Assembly (NCBI GenBank): GCA_964016885.1
Contig: OZ024741.1
Span: forward strand, 20,336,001-20,400,000
Direction: 5' to 3'
From: Eledone cirrhosa
Taxonomy: Eukaryota
DNA: 64,000 nucleotides
Position 1 is the stretch's first letter. Every line of letters starts with the position of its first letter. Shown here in pieces: positions 1 through 12,099 of this stretch. The notes under the pieces are model-generated. The model worked only from the letters and a program-made list of their open reading frames with translations. It was not told the DNA's origin and made no database searches. The position numbers were made by a program, and so were the translations under genes.

Positions 1-60
<60 letters not shown>

Positions 61-64
<4 letters not shown>

Positions 65-983
65 TATAAATTATGTCCTTAGAATCATTTGATAATATAT
101 ATACTCAATTTCCTCTCCCAATTAACATAATCAACCACACACAAAAAAAAACAATTAAACCAGGCTATAAGATTAAAAGGCACCTGTGAAGAAATAGTAG
201 ATAAATAAACGACAGCCATTTATTCGCGAACAACAGCCATAGAATATTTATCCATCATTTCAATAGCACATGGAAATCGATTAAATATATCGTCAACCAT
301 ACACAATTAGGTATAAAATTAAAATTAGAAGAAAACAATGCATATACACATACCAGGATTACGTTTCTACCCTTTAGGGTTTCGTTTGCTTTCGGAAATA
401 TCCTATCAAGGATAAATTATCGAGCTTCGAACTCATCAGGAAACAAACTTGGACAAAGATTTTTCTTAAATGATCCCCGCCAGAAACGAATTCAAAATGG
501 CTAAGAACTGAGACGTGGCAGTGGTCAAGTCAGAAAGAATGTGATTGGTGGGTTACGGCTAGTAGGCTGGTTGCTAGAAAGCGCAGCCTAATATTGCCTA
601 AATTGCATCTCAACCTTATGGGAGATTATCAAATATAAAGATTTACATATACACAAACTAGACAGAGTTATAGATATGTTTTTGGCAACATTCACGATGT
701 GGCTCAATGATGAATTAATAAATTAAATAATCAGAGCAATATACTATAAATTATGTCCTTGGAATCATTTGATAAGATATATAGTCAATTTCCTCTCCCA
801 ATTAGCATAATCAACCACGCTAAAAAAAAACAATTAAACCAGGCTATAAGATTAAAAGGCACCAGTGAAGAAATAATAGATAAATAAACGATAGGCATTT
901 ATTCGCGATCAACAGCCATCATTTCAATAGCACGTGGAAATCGATTAAATATATCGTCAACCATACACAATTAGGTATAAAAT

Positions 984-987
<4 letters not shown>
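61..987. repeat. ~260-bp imperfect direct repeat pair (61-323, 741-987) between (TA)n tracts; possible PLE pLTR relic
   Basis: ATACTATAAATTATGTCC...TTAGGTATAAAATTAAA occurs twice. Element identity is inferred only from the architecture. Confidence 0.6.
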
Positions 988-1078
<91 letters not shown>

Positions 1079-1203
1079 ATCCACGGTAAGTTGTGGGGTC
1101 TAGTCTGCAAGAAGAACTCAACGTAATCCATATGTTGAAAATGTTGTAGGTTAAAATAAATCCCGGAAAACAATAAAACATTAAAAGGAAAACAGAGTCA
1201 TGA

Positions 1204-1479
1204 TATAAGTTAAAACAATGAAATAAAAATTCAAGTCATTAGAAATATATTTCACTGCTTTACGATCGTTTCTAGGTGATGATAATACATCGTAATCATA
1301 CTTCGTTATCGATCTATGTAAGGTTAGTTACAAAATATCAGATAAGGAAAATATTTACTTACTTGTATATCACCAGCTGATAACGAAGTATGGTTACGAT
1401 GTATTATCATCACCTAGAAACGATCGTAAAGCAGTAAAGTATATTTCTAATGACTTGAATTTTTATTTCATTGTTTTAA

Positions 1480-1484
<5 letters not shown>
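1204..1484. repeat. Fold-back inverted repeat (arms ~1204-1310 and ~1379-1484)
   Basis: TATAAGTTAAAACAATG...CTTCGTTATC is the reverse complement of GATAACGAAG...CATTGTTTTAACTTATA. Confidence 0.85.
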
Positions 1485-1531
<47 letters not shown>

Positions 1532-1534
<3 letters not shown>

Positions 1535-1694
1535 GGCCGTCTTAACAGCATTATAGCCCCCCCCCCCGGGCAAAGCAGAGCACAAGGGCCCCTACCTACA
1601 TAGCCACTCACAGGAATAAAAATACAAATGGGCCCCCTATCCTCGTGGGGGCCCGGGCAACTTTCCAGCGTGCCCATGCGTTAAGACGGCCCTG
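1532..1694. mobile_element. hAT-type MITE in a (TA)n tract
   Basis: 15-bp TIRs CAGGGCCGTCTTAAC / GTTAAGACGGCCCTG with GGGCCC subterminal motifs. Confidence 0.8.
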
Positions 1695-1709
1695 CATATA
1701 TATATATAT

Positions 1710-1960
1710 AAGAGAGTATTGAAGTTTGCTTGAAGCATTGTGGAATAATAAGGGAAATATCTTTAAGTCATTTGGAAGCCTCGACAATGCAGATGGGTAA
1801 ATCTCCAGGTAACAAGATCCGGTGGTGGAGAGAGAGATGTAAGTGGGTGTACGTTGAGATGCGTGGCGTGTATAAGACTGTAACGTGTAGAGGAATGCAG
1901 CAAAGAGCGTAAAGGATAAAAATAACAACACGAGAAAGAGTTACCTTGGGAGAGATTTAA
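1710..1960. repeat. Interspersed repeat; second copy at 5106-5430 has an inverted terminal arm
   Basis: Near-identical to 5106-5354. Both copies abut (TA)n. Confidence 0.8.
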
Positions 1961-2270
1961 TTGTCCCTATATATTTCGGATTCACATCCATCAACTGGGG
2001 ATTTTTCCGGGGGGGGGGGGCTTGTCTGTCGGAAAGGTGTGAAACGTGTCCTCCGCTGTTCGTTGTTATGAATATCTGAGATATTCAGCAAAGCGCGCGT
2101 GCGCGTGAAATGGGGTCGGTCAGTATATATATATATGCAGAGGTTATATTTAATTTATTGGGATTCAACAAGCTTAAAAAATGTTATAACTGATATAAAG
2201 CACTCAACAAAGTAGTGGAGTAAATACACAATATATTAATAAATGGAAATTATATTTATAAAACCATATT

Positions 2271-2336
2271 TATTTTATTATACATATTTCAAGGGCAAAC
2301 AAGGCAAATTATGGTGCGCTTTCATCAGATAAAATA
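2271..2336 (-). ncRNA. Type I hammerhead ribozyme (family A)
   Basis: Minus strand: UAUUUUAU-CUGAUGA-stem II-GAAA-UAUGUA-UA-AUAAAAUA. Confidence 0.8.
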
Positions 2337-2463
2337 CAGATTTGTTTTATAAATAAATATTGACATACCCGGAAAAAAGACAACCTTAACTATCCAGGAA
2401 GCTCCAACCGTTAAGGTTGCCTTTTTTCCAGGTATGTCAATATTTATTTATAAAACAAATCTG

Positions 2464-2529
2464 TATTTTATCTGATGAAAGCGCACCATAATTTGCTTTG
2501 GTTGCCCTTGAAATATATATAATAAAATA
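2464..2529 (+). ncRNA. Type I hammerhead ribozyme (family A)
   Basis: UAUUUUAU CUGAUGA AAGCGCACC...GGUUGCCCUU GAAA UAUAUA UA AUAAAAUA, with an 8-bp stem I. Confidence 0.85.
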
Positions 2530-2769
2530 AATATGGTTTTATAAATATAATTTCCATTTATTAATATATTGTATATATATATATATGAATATGTGTGTGT
2601 GTATATATATGTACATAAACACATATATGAATATATAAATATATATATATATATGTGTGTGTGTACATAATATATACGTAATATAAACATATATATTTTT
2701 TCTGCAGTGTCATTACATGCTTAATGTGCAGAAAGATACACAACTTCACAACCTGGTCAATATGAAAAG

Positions 2770-3490
2770 AACACAGGGACACACAGACACATACTAACAC
2801 ATATAAACACATTGCACACACACAGACACACACTCTCACACACACACACACAAATTCACACACTCTCTTACACACACACAGACACACACTCTCTCTCTCA
2901 CACACAGACACACACTCTCACACACACACACACATTCACACACTCTCTTACACACACATTCACACACTCTCTTACACACAGACAGACACACACACACGCT
3001 CACACTCACACACACAAACACACAGACACACACTCTCTCTCTCACACACAGACACACACTCTCACACACACACACACACACATTCACACACTCTCTTACA
3101 CACACACAGACACACACACACACACACGCTCACACTCTCACACACACAAACACACAGACACACACTCTCTCTCTCACACACAGACACACACACACACTCG
3201 CTCACACACACATTCACACTCTCTCACAAACACATTCACACACACAGATTCACACACTCTCTCACACACACACACTCTCACACACACACCCAACACCCTA
3301 TATCACAGATCGCACCCCAAATTAACCCAAATACAGAGACACAAATCATTTCACTTAAAAGTCGATACACCAATGTGTCGATACGCGCACACATACACAC
3401 ATATACAAACATACACACACATACAAACACACACAAACAAAAAACACACGCATACATACAAACACACAAACATAAAGACGAGAGACACAT
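2770..3490. repeat. Compound (CA)n/(CT)n microsatellite
   Basis: Directly visible; source of the spurious HT-rich ORFs. Confidence 0.9.
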
Positions 3491-3683
3491 ACTGAGGCGA
3501 TAATTGTGAAAACATCGTTTTATGAGAAAAGGTCATTGGCATTATATGAAGTAACTGAGACACCTTTGTTGTCGGGTTTACCTTACTTTAACTGTAATGA
3601 TGTGATTGGGGTGTTGCATTGCGTCAAACTCTACTACTAATCTACTGATGAATACAAATAACACTTCCACTCTCAAATCAAGA

Positions 3684-4225
3684 ATGGACATGTGGTTAGA
3701 ATGTCTCAGGAAAGAATCACTGGAGAATCTCCAGGTAGAGCCGCTACTTCTCCGAATTGAGAGGTCACAGCTCCGATAATATGGACATGTGGTTAGAATG
3801 TCTCAGGAAAGAATCACTAGAGAATCTCCAGGTAGAGCCGCTACTTCTCCGAATTGAGAGGTCACAGCTCCGATAATATGGACATGTGGTTAGAATGTCT
3901 CAGGAAAGAATCACTGGAGAATCTCCAGGTAGAGCCGCTACTTCTCCGAATTGAGAGGTCACAGCTCCGATAATATGGACATGTGGTTAGAATGTCTCAG
4001 GAAAATATCACCGGAGAGATTTTACGGGCAAAACCAACCAGCTGGAGAACCAGGAGTAGACCCCGAGCAAGATGGTTGGATAACATTGATGGGCTTGTCA
4101 GGTCTCGCTTGGGAATCCAGCCGGATCGGTTGGAGATGGTTGCTTCTGACCGGACCTGGTGGAAGGAGTGTTTGAGGACTCTGCCCCAACGACTCTCTCA
4201 GAAATAAGTGAGCGAAGAAGAAAAC
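3684..4225 (+). mobile_element. RTE-like LINE 3' fragment preceded by 97-bp tandem reiterations
   Basis: GHVVRMSQE...RTRSRPRARWLD is typical of an RTE ORF C-terminus; GAA tail; unit starts at 3684, 3781, 3878, 3975. Confidence 0.75.
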
Positions 4226-4284
4226 ACCGACTCACTGGTAGGGACCCTTTTCGATCTGAAGAGCCATTTTTAGATTTAAAATAT

Positions 4285-4697
4285 AATGGTTTCTGATTTA
4301 GGCTCAATTTTGGGGCAAAGGGTATGTCGATAAAATCGATCCCAGTGGGTTACTGGTACTTTATTTTATCGACCCCAGAAGGATGAAAGGCAAAGCTAAC
4401 CACGGTAGCATTTGAACTCAGAACATACAAGACTGTAACCATATGGCGCAAAGCATGTTGTCCTACGCTCTACCGATACTGCCAATCAATAATAATGATT
4501 TCTAGTATAGGCACAAGGCCAGTAATTTGGGGGGAGGGGAAGTCGACCCCAGTACGTTACTGGTACTTTATTTTATCGACCCCGTAAGGATGAAAGGCCA
4601 AGTTAACCTCGGCGGGATTTGAACTCAAATCGTAAAGTACCGTACCTCTATGCTGTAAGGCATGGTGTCTGACGCTCTACCGATTATTGCCAACCAA
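4285..4697 (-). mobile_element. Two tandem tRNA-derived SINE copies (4285-4490, 4495-4697)
   Basis: A-box-like TGGCAGTATCGG, B-box GAGTTCAAAT and central GCCTTTCATCC...GGGGTCGATAAAATAAAGTACCAG on the minus strand. Confidence 0.8.
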
Positions 4698-4919
4698 TAA
4701 TAATTAAGGCTAACGGAACAGACTTATATTATAATAACTGTACAGCTTTTTTGTCTGTCAAAAACATTCTAAAAAGTTTTTCATTCTTACCAGAAAACAA
4801 TATTGTCAACAGTATTGTCCATCTATCCATCTATGTATCTATCTATTGATCTACCTCTCTCTCTCTCTCTCACTCTCTCTCTCTCTCTCTCCCTCTCTCT
4901 CTCTCTCTCACTCTCTCTC

Positions 4920-4974
<55 letters not shown>

Positions 4975-4984
4975 ATATATATAT

Positions 4985-5095
4985 TTATATTTCGTTTCTG
5001 AATTTGTTTAGCAAGATTCTTTATCTGAAAACGTGTGTTGAAACTGGTGCGTGTGTTTCTTATTGGCAACATGACCCTCCCAAAGTATAACAATA
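4985..5095. mobile_element. Diverged, internally inverted fragment of the 5' ORF end of the 1211-aa PLE family
   Basis: ATGACCCTCCCAAAGTATAACAAT (MTLPKYNN) on +; FNTRFQIKNLAKQIQKR on - versus FDTRFHIKILAKLIHRR in the intact element. Confidence 0.65.
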
Positions 5096-5105
5096 TATAT
5101 ATATA

Positions 5106-5425
5106 AGAGAGTACTGAAGTTTGCTTGAAGCATTGTGGAATGATAAGGTAAATTTCTTTAAGTCGTTTAGCAGCCTCGACAATGCAGATGGGTAAATCTC
5201 CGGGTAACAAGATCCGGTGGTGGAGAGAGAGATTTAAGTGGGTGTACGTTGAGATGCGTGGCGTGTATAAGACTGTAGCGTGTAGAGGAATGAAGGAAAG
5301 AGCGTAAAGGATAAAAATAACAACACGAGAAAGAGTTACCTTGGGAGAGATTTACATCGATTTACAACGACTTAAAGAAATTTACCTTATTATTCCACAA
5401 TGCTTCAAGCAAACTTCAATACTCT

Positions 5426-5430
<5 letters not shown>
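5106..5430. repeat. Fold-back interspersed repeat (same family as 1710-1960)
   Basis: Arms ~5106-5167 and ~5366-5429 are inverted; (TA)n flanks. Confidence 0.8.
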
Positions 5431-5496
<66 letters not shown>

Positions 5497-5498
5497 TA

Positions 5499-5564
5499 AT
5501 GCCTTAAACTAATATCATCACTCTACTGTATCGTTTCTCTGTGTTGTATTTCTTCTTTGACCTT

Positions 5565-5640
<76 letters not shown>

Positions 5641-5707
5641 AAGGTCAAAGAAGAAATACAACACAGAGAAACGATACAGTAGAATGATGATATTAGTTTA
5701 AGGCATT
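5499..5707. repeat. Inverted repeat around a central (TA)n
   Basis: AATGCCTTAAACTAATATC...GACCTTCTTT versus AAAGAAGGTC...GATATTAGTTTAAGGCATT. Confidence 0.85.
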
Positions 5708-5879
5708 GTAGGAAAAAAGTGATAACGTTACGGACGTGAGTCCTTTATTAGAATATAAGAATGAAAATTGAAGCAAATAGAAAGATAGTTGTGAGTATGG
5801 ACTTGAAGAAACAGAAATTATATACATTTGTGTGTGTGGGAGGGGTCCCGGCCAACGGACACAAAAATCTTATTCCCAG

Positions 5880-6805
5880 AAACAGGAAAATCCTTATGAG
5901 ACGAAGAACTAAGCTCTCAAACCAGTTAAATGCACAACTAAAAAACAAGGAGTCCTCTCTGAAATATGCACTATTTGAAATTGAAACTGCACTCAAACTT
6001 TCCCATGAGAAGCAGAGGCAGAGAGAGAAATCATGGCCATAGAAAATATTAAAACAAACCCTAAGGCCTTCTTTAAATTTGCAAAAGAGATTGCCTCGGT
6101 ACACTGCAAGATTGGGCCACTCTTCCATAAAGGTAGTTCCTTAACCGAGGATCCCCAAGGGATAAGTGTAATACTAAATTAACAGTACAAAAGTGTGTTC
6201 ACACCTCCACTGAGGCACATGCAAATAACAAAGCCAGATGATTTCTTTGATGCCACAACACTCAACGAGGAAATGGTGACCATCAACCACATAGAATTAA
6301 CAAAGGAAGATGTGGTATCCGCCATAGACGAAATTAGAACAAACTCAGTTGCTGGACTTGATGGATTCCCAGCAGTCCTCCTAAAAACATGTAAGCGTAC
6401 CTTAGCAACTCCACTGACGCCCCTCTTCAGAAGTTCTTTGGCTAGCGGTAATCTATCCAGAGAGCTAAAAGAAGGCACAATATGCCCTATCCATAAAGGA
6501 GAAAGCAGAGCGGATGCCAAAAACTTCAGGCCAGACTCCCTAACGCCACATATCAGTCAGGTCATGGAACGAATCATCAGAAAGAAACTGATCACGTTCC
6601 TCGAGGAAAATGACCGCCTAACTAACAAGCAGCATGGCTTTCGCCCAGCAGAAGCTGCCTTACACAGTTGTTACAACACTATGACTGGGCACTGAAACAA
6701 CTGCTAGACAGCTCACACGCGGACGTAATATATCTTGACTTTGCGAAGGCCTTTGACAAGGTCGACCACGGAATGTGTCACAAACTACACAGACTCGGCA
6801 TAGGT
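5880..6805 (+). pseudogene. Decayed non-LTR (CR1/L2/Jockey-like) reverse transcriptase fragment
   Basis: Motifs GLDGFP, ICPIHKG...NFRP, QHGFRP and YLDFAKAFDKVDHG across frameshifts. Confidence 0.85.
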
Positions 6806-6849
6806 CAAGGTAAACATTTGAAGTAAGTGATGTCTCATTGAAGAAAAAT

Positions 6850-7525
6850 GGACCGAATTTATTTTAGTGATGAGACAACCTTTCATGTTTCAGGGAAACT
6901 GAACACACATAATGTGAGAATCTGGGGATCAGAACAGCCCCATGTAACTAGGGAACTTCACTGAGATAGTCGAAAGGTGAATGTGTGGTGTGGGATCATG
7001 TGCAATCGAATCGTTAGTCCAATTACTGTAAATGTTTACTTTTTCACTGAATATGTGGCACCACAACTAGATGACCTTCAACCAACCATCATTTTCCAGC
7101 AGATGCTGCACCAACACATTGGGGACTGCATGTTCGGGGGCTCCTAAATCAAACATTTCTAGACTGGTGGATTGGAAGGGATGACCCAATTCCTTGGCTA
7201 CCTAGTTCACCAGATATCACTTCTCTGGACTTTTTTCTATGAGGTTATGTTAAAGATATCGTGTATCGAACAAAGATACAGGACATCACTGATCACTGAC
7301 GCTATTGCCACCATTGACGAGGCTATGCTACAGCAAACATGGTAAGAAATCTAGTACCGTCTTGATGTGCTTTGTACAACTAATGGTCGCCATATAGAGG
7401 TGTATTAAAGTGGTTACAAAAAACTTCAATATCTTCTCCTCATTTTGTAATAATTTCCACATATTTGTACGTTCATTTGCTCTTGTAATAATTTTTTTTA
7501 ATTGAAAAGAGACTTTATGGACACC

Positions 7526-7528
<3 letters not shown>
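6850..7528 (+). mobile_element. Tc1/mariner transposase relic with right TIR
   Basis: FSDETTFHVSG...NVRIWG, VNVWCGI, WIGR...W..SPDITSLDFF motifs; ends CTTTATGGACACCCTG then TA. Confidence 0.85.
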
Positions 7529-7598
<70 letters not shown>

Positions 7599-8160
7599 AT
7601 TGGTTTAGTAGTAGTTTATTATAAATAAAAATACATACAAGAAAACCTTAATTTAGTTAACCTTTTCCCTTACTGTGATTTTTGGTTTTGAATCTTATCT
7701 AAAATTTCTTCGGTGTCTTCATCATTAGTTGTGGCTTATATCTGAAAATAAGACGGCAGCTTTAATAAAATAGAAATAAATTTCAGAACACCTAAGAACC
7801 ATTTAATATGGGCTACAGGGATTCCCTAACTTTATAGTAAAAATATATTTCGACCTCCGAAAAAATCTGCCAACCATAAGTATTTAGGTAAATTAGGAAT
7901 GCGAGGCACAGGTAGTCCTACTGACATCTGGTATTGCCCAGTCCACTGAAAGGCAGGTTTTGCAACTGCTATCCACCATTATCTGACAAAAACAGGGCTA
8001 TCGGTGTTCTTATATATTCCATTTGTATCCACTTCATGTTCTATATTCAATTTTAGTTTTATTTCTATTTTTCCCGGCCCTTCATGTTTTTCCCGCTAAC
8101 TCCCCCGTCACTCCTCCTCGGAGTCCCCCCCCCCCCCACACACACACACATTCACACATA

Positions 8161-8197
8161 CTCTTCTGATGAAGGGCTTATGTTCGAAACGTCGTAA
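8161..8197 (+). ncRNA. Minimal hammerhead in a Neptune-like pLTR relic
   Basis: CUGAUGA A GGGC UUAU GUUC GAAACGUC; stem I is weak. Confidence 0.65.
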
Positions 8198-8237
8198 CCA
8201 CACGCACCCCACTCTCACCAAGCGTGAAACTAATAAT

Positions 8238-8418
8238 TGTTTCTACTTTAGGCACAAGGCCAGAAATTACCCAGTGCATTACTGGTACTTTATTTTATCG
8301 ACCCCGTAAGGATGAAAGGCAAAGTCAACCTCGGCGGGATTTGAACTCAGATCGTAAAGGGACGTAACTATGCTGGAAAGCATGGCGTCCGACCCTCCAC
8401 CGATACTGCCAATCCACC
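8238..8418 (-). mobile_element. tRNA-derived SINE with 16-bp TSD
   Basis: TSD GCGTGAAACTAATAAT at 8222-8237 and 8419-8434; A and B boxes present. Confidence 0.9.
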
Positions 8419-8502
8419 GCGTGAAACTAATAATACCATGTAACATTTACTCCTGCATTTGTTTGTTTTTGTTTTCTGTTATTTCGAACTATATATACTG
8501 TA

Positions 8503-9127
8503 TATTATAATGCTCGGTGTGTTTGTAAACAAACATCCCGTATTAAGCCGTAGTGTCCATACGTACATATATATATATGTGTGCATGTATGTATATATAT
8601 ATATACATACTACTGTACGTCTGTATACATATATGTATGTACGTGTACATACTTATATTTAAGTAACAGCCGTACTAAGAGTGGGAAATGAAATTTCGTT
8701 TCACTTTTTCCGTTTATCGTTTTCGGCGCACCCGGCCGATTAACCCACTCGATATGCAAATTGGGCTACTCAGCCGTTAATATGCATAAGGTAAGTATAT
8801 ACGTTCAACAATCTGGCAGGAAGGTATACGTTGCTAACGATAGCTAATAAGCTTGAAACTAGTACAGCGTTCCTTTGACAGTGTTGAATAAACGAGCAAC
8901 CATGGTTGCTGGACACTACGGCTTAATACGGGATGTTTGTTTACAAACACACCGAGCATTATAATAAATGTTCGGTGAATCCATACGTACATATATATAT
9001 GTGTGCATGTATGTATATATACATACTACTGTACGTCGGTATACATATATGTATGTACGTGTACATACTTATATTTAAGTAACAGCCGTACTAAGAGTGG
9101 GAAATGAAATTTCGTTTCATTTTTTCC

Positions 9128-9132
<5 letters not shown>
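8503..9132 (+). mobile_element. Family B retrozyme-like element: 424-nt unit plus partial direct repeat plus inverted 5' piece
   Basis: CCATACGTAC at 8557 and 8981; 8503-8559 is the reverse complement of ~8909-8965; degenerate hammerhead at 8828-8870 (CUAACGA...GAAACUAGUA). Confidence 0.8.
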
Positions 9133-9219
<87 letters not shown>

Positions 9220-9220
<1 letters not shown>

Positions 9221-9374
9221 CCCTACTACGGAGGGTTATATCCGTAGTGGTAGAACACTCAGTCCATGGGACGAGGTTGGTAGAGGTAGTAACATAACAG
9301 TTAGTTCACCATACCGAGAACAAATGTTTCACCTTATTCTTTGTATAGTGAACTAACTGTTATGGAACTACTTC

Positions 9375-9376
<2 letters not shown>
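9220..9376. repeat. Small fold-back fragment of the 26441 hammerhead family
   Basis: Minus strand TAAGGTGAAACATTTGTTCTCGGTATGGTGAACTAACTGTT matches 26459-26499; inverted arm at ~9343-9376. Confidence 0.65.
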
Positions 9377-9421
<45 letters not shown>

Positions 9422-9962
9422 AACCTACTACACCTACTTTGTTGGTGTTTGTTTTATTACTTAAACAGAAAGATGAGTAGCACACATGGAGCGTTTATAG
9501 GGACCTCTAAGGCGGCAGGATGAGAGTGATACCTGGTCTGAACGCTTACAAGGGAGGGGTTTCCGATAAAGACAGCTTAGTGTCAGCTGGTGGCTTTCAA
9601 ATATACGATGGATTAAATGTACCCGCCAAGTAGACCACGACGTGATTTGAACTTAAAATGCAAAGAGCCGAAACAAATTAATTCTACCATAAAAGTACAC
9701 AGCCAATAAAATGATGTATAGCCTCATGGGGGCCCTACAAGGTTAACCTACTTTCATGTGCTTTCATCGACACCAGACAGAACTATTTAAATATTCTGTT
9801 GTCACCATAAAGTTAGTTACGTACCTTGTGTCTTCGATGTTGCTACACAAATGTATATCGATGGTTTATATTATGTCCACCACTGGGGTAACACTATGTT
9901 GGAGAAATGCTTGTGACCCCCGACACAAACATCCATGGCTATGTAAACAACGTAAATCTTGG

Positions 9963-10136
9963 TCTAGGTTGCACACGGTTAATTAAGTGGCTTATGCCCT
10001 CATGTCTAGGTTGCACACGGTTAATTAAGTGGCTTATGCCCTCATGTCTAGGTTGCACACGGTTAATTAAGTGGCTTATGCCCTCATGTCTAGGTTGCAC
10101 ACGGTTAATTAAGTGGCTTATGCCCTCATGTCTAGG
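9963..10136. repeat. 42-bp tandem repeat, 4 identical copies
   Basis: TCTAGGTTGCACACGGTTAATTAAGTGGCTTATGCCCTCATG at 9963, 10005, 10047, 10089. Confidence 0.95.
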
Positions 10137-10220
10137 CCGTACAAAACTAATTAATTGTGTACTACTAATTTGTCAGCTAATTTACCCTGTACAACCCACT
10201 AGGGTCTACATGGTCTAAAT

Positions 10221-10486
10221 CAGGCATGTCAAACTGAGGGTGCCCCGAGGGTCACATATGTGTTGTCTGAGGGCCACACACGACAACTAATTGCGTACAT
10301 TACAACTAATTTTTTTTTATTTTATTTTACGAAGATAAAACATGCTCGCGCTGTAAAAACCTTTGTGCGAGCCACAGGTGTGCTTGTTAAGGGCCGCAGG
10401 TGTGCCTGTTGACATGCCTGTTCTAGATACAGGTGTGCTTGTTAAGGGCCGTATGCGGTCCGCGGGCCGCATGTTTACCATGCCTG
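10221..10486. mobile_element. hAT (Charlie-like) MITE with 8-bp TSD
   Basis: TIRs CAGGCATGTCAAAC / GTTTACCATGCCTG; TSD GTCTAAAT at 10213-10220 and 10487-10494. Confidence 0.9.
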
Positions 10487-10869
10487 GTCTAAATGATTAA
10501 CCTATGTTTTTTTGTCAAGGCCGTACAAGTCTAAATAATTTATGTCAGCCATCAAACCCGTACATGACTAACGTCTTTGTATCTCCCGCCAATCATATAC
10601 AATGCAAGATAAGAAATCGATGTCCTCCGACCGGAACACGAGATCAAGAACGGGATAGATGAAATGTTGTAACCAGCGGATTCAAAGCACCACCCGACAG
10701 TCTGGCTGGTTAAGGTGATCAAAGTGATACGTAAGCAATTTCACTCACAAAACTTGGATTGACTCTAGGCTATGATAAAAAAGACTGCTGGCTTACGCTG
10801 CTATGTGTGTGTGACAGCTCACACCTATGCAGGTTTAGCTGGCCTCCTCCAAGGTATATCTCGTTGGAG

Positions 10870-11052
10870 GTGTCTTGGGTGACTTAATGATAGGGACCCC
10901 AGTCCTATCATCTCATTTCTACAGCTGAGTAAACTGGAGCAACGTGAAATAAAGTATCTTGCTTAAGGAAACAACACATCACCCGGTCCGAGAATTGAAC
11001 TCACAACATTTCGATTGCAAGCCCAATTCTCTAACCACTAAGCCATGAGCCT
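10870..11052 (-). mobile_element. CORE-type tRNA SINE fragment
   Basis: Minus-strand GGCTTAGTGGTTAGAG A-box, GAGTTCAATTCTC B-box, TCCTTAAGCAAGATACTT core. Confidence 0.7.
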
Positions 11053-11298
11053 TACGCTGCCATGCGGTGGGATGGATCCTGGGATCACATAAATTCAACA
11101 ATGTCTTCGTCTACATTAAGAAATAATCTAAAGGGAGAGACTGTAGATTGGAAGCAATATAAAGAAGACTGTAATTCAGTTTGGTTCTCTACCATCTATG
11201 ACACTTGTAAATACTGAACAAATCATATTTTATCATAGCTTGTCTGTTTATTTTTCATTCAAACTAAAATTATAAATTTTCAATAAAGATTAAATAAC

Positions 11299-11484
11299 AG
11301 CTTCTACTTTTGGCTCAAGGCCAGCAATTACCCAGTGCATTACTGGTACTGTATTTTATCGACCCCGTAAGGATGAAAGGCAAAGTTAACCTCGGCGTGA
11401 TTTGAACACAGAATGGCAAGGGCCGTAACTCTATGCGTCAAAGCCTGGCGTCCGACCCTCTACCGATAATACCAATCCACCGCC
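11299..11484 (-). mobile_element. tRNA-derived SINE
   Basis: Same family as 8238; flanking duplication AATAAAGATTAAATAAC. Confidence 0.85.
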
Positions 11485-11658
11485 CTTTGAGTTATTTAAT
11501 AAAGATTAAATAACTCTGTTGGAGAACATTAAGAATTGCGTCCCTTTATTATCTACATTTTATTTCGTTTATTTTTTCATATAAAATGTTTCAATTTTTG
11601 TTATCGTTACTATTGTTGTTAATATTATTATTGCAGCTGCTATTACTGTTAATGCTTG

Positions 11659-11930
11659 GGGCGCAAAGTGGCCGAAAGGTCAAGAAGCTCACTTTTCAAT
11701 CACACAGTTTCGGGTTCTGCCCCACAGCATGACATCAAAGGGGTTTTACCTTGGTCTTGTTTCGATCCATACCTTGTTAGTGAAATTGTGTAGATGGAAA
11801 CTGCATGAAAACACATTTGATGGACTGTGCATGTAATTCAATGGACCGTCTTTGTCAGACACTGTGTCATGCTGAATCTCCCTGAGAATAACGTTAAGGG
11901 TACACGTGTCTGTGGAATAATTCCACGCTA
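11659..11930 (+). mobile_element. Longer tRNA-derived SINE (decayed)
   Basis: tRNA-like head plus GAATCTCCCTGAGAA...GTTAAGGGTACACGTGTC, shared with 16925 and 28655. Confidence 0.65.
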
Positions 11931-12099
11931 TTTCACCAAACTAGAATACATCGTCAAACCCAACTGCAACTTTTCTACTTATTTCACTGCTGTAGTTGCT
12001 ATTTTATAACGTTGTTATTGCTAATGATGGTGTTGTTATTTCAGATACCGAACCATTCTTCCGGGTTCCAGTGTGAATTACAGGTACAACTGGTTTTTG

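Larger units (their letters stand above)
2137..2571. mobile_element. Family A fold-back PLE-derived element with two opposite-polarity hammerheads
   Basis: Arms ~2228-2390 and ~2411-2571 are reverse complements, flanked by (TA)n. Near-identical element at 52081-52509. Confidence 0.85.

Noticed and set aside
7660-7750. Possible host terminal exon on - (TTTTCAG acceptor; ATTNDEDTEEILDKIQNQKSQ*)
   Set aside because: The frame has a stop right after the best acceptor, no partner exons were found and the peptide is not recognisable.
8238-8418. tRNA genes
   Set aside because: The A and B boxes belong to multi-copy SINE heads with TSDs; no cloverleaf could be drawn.
9963-10136. CRISPR-like short repeats
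   Set aside because: Units are contiguous and identical, with no spacers and no cas genes, in a eukaryotic context.
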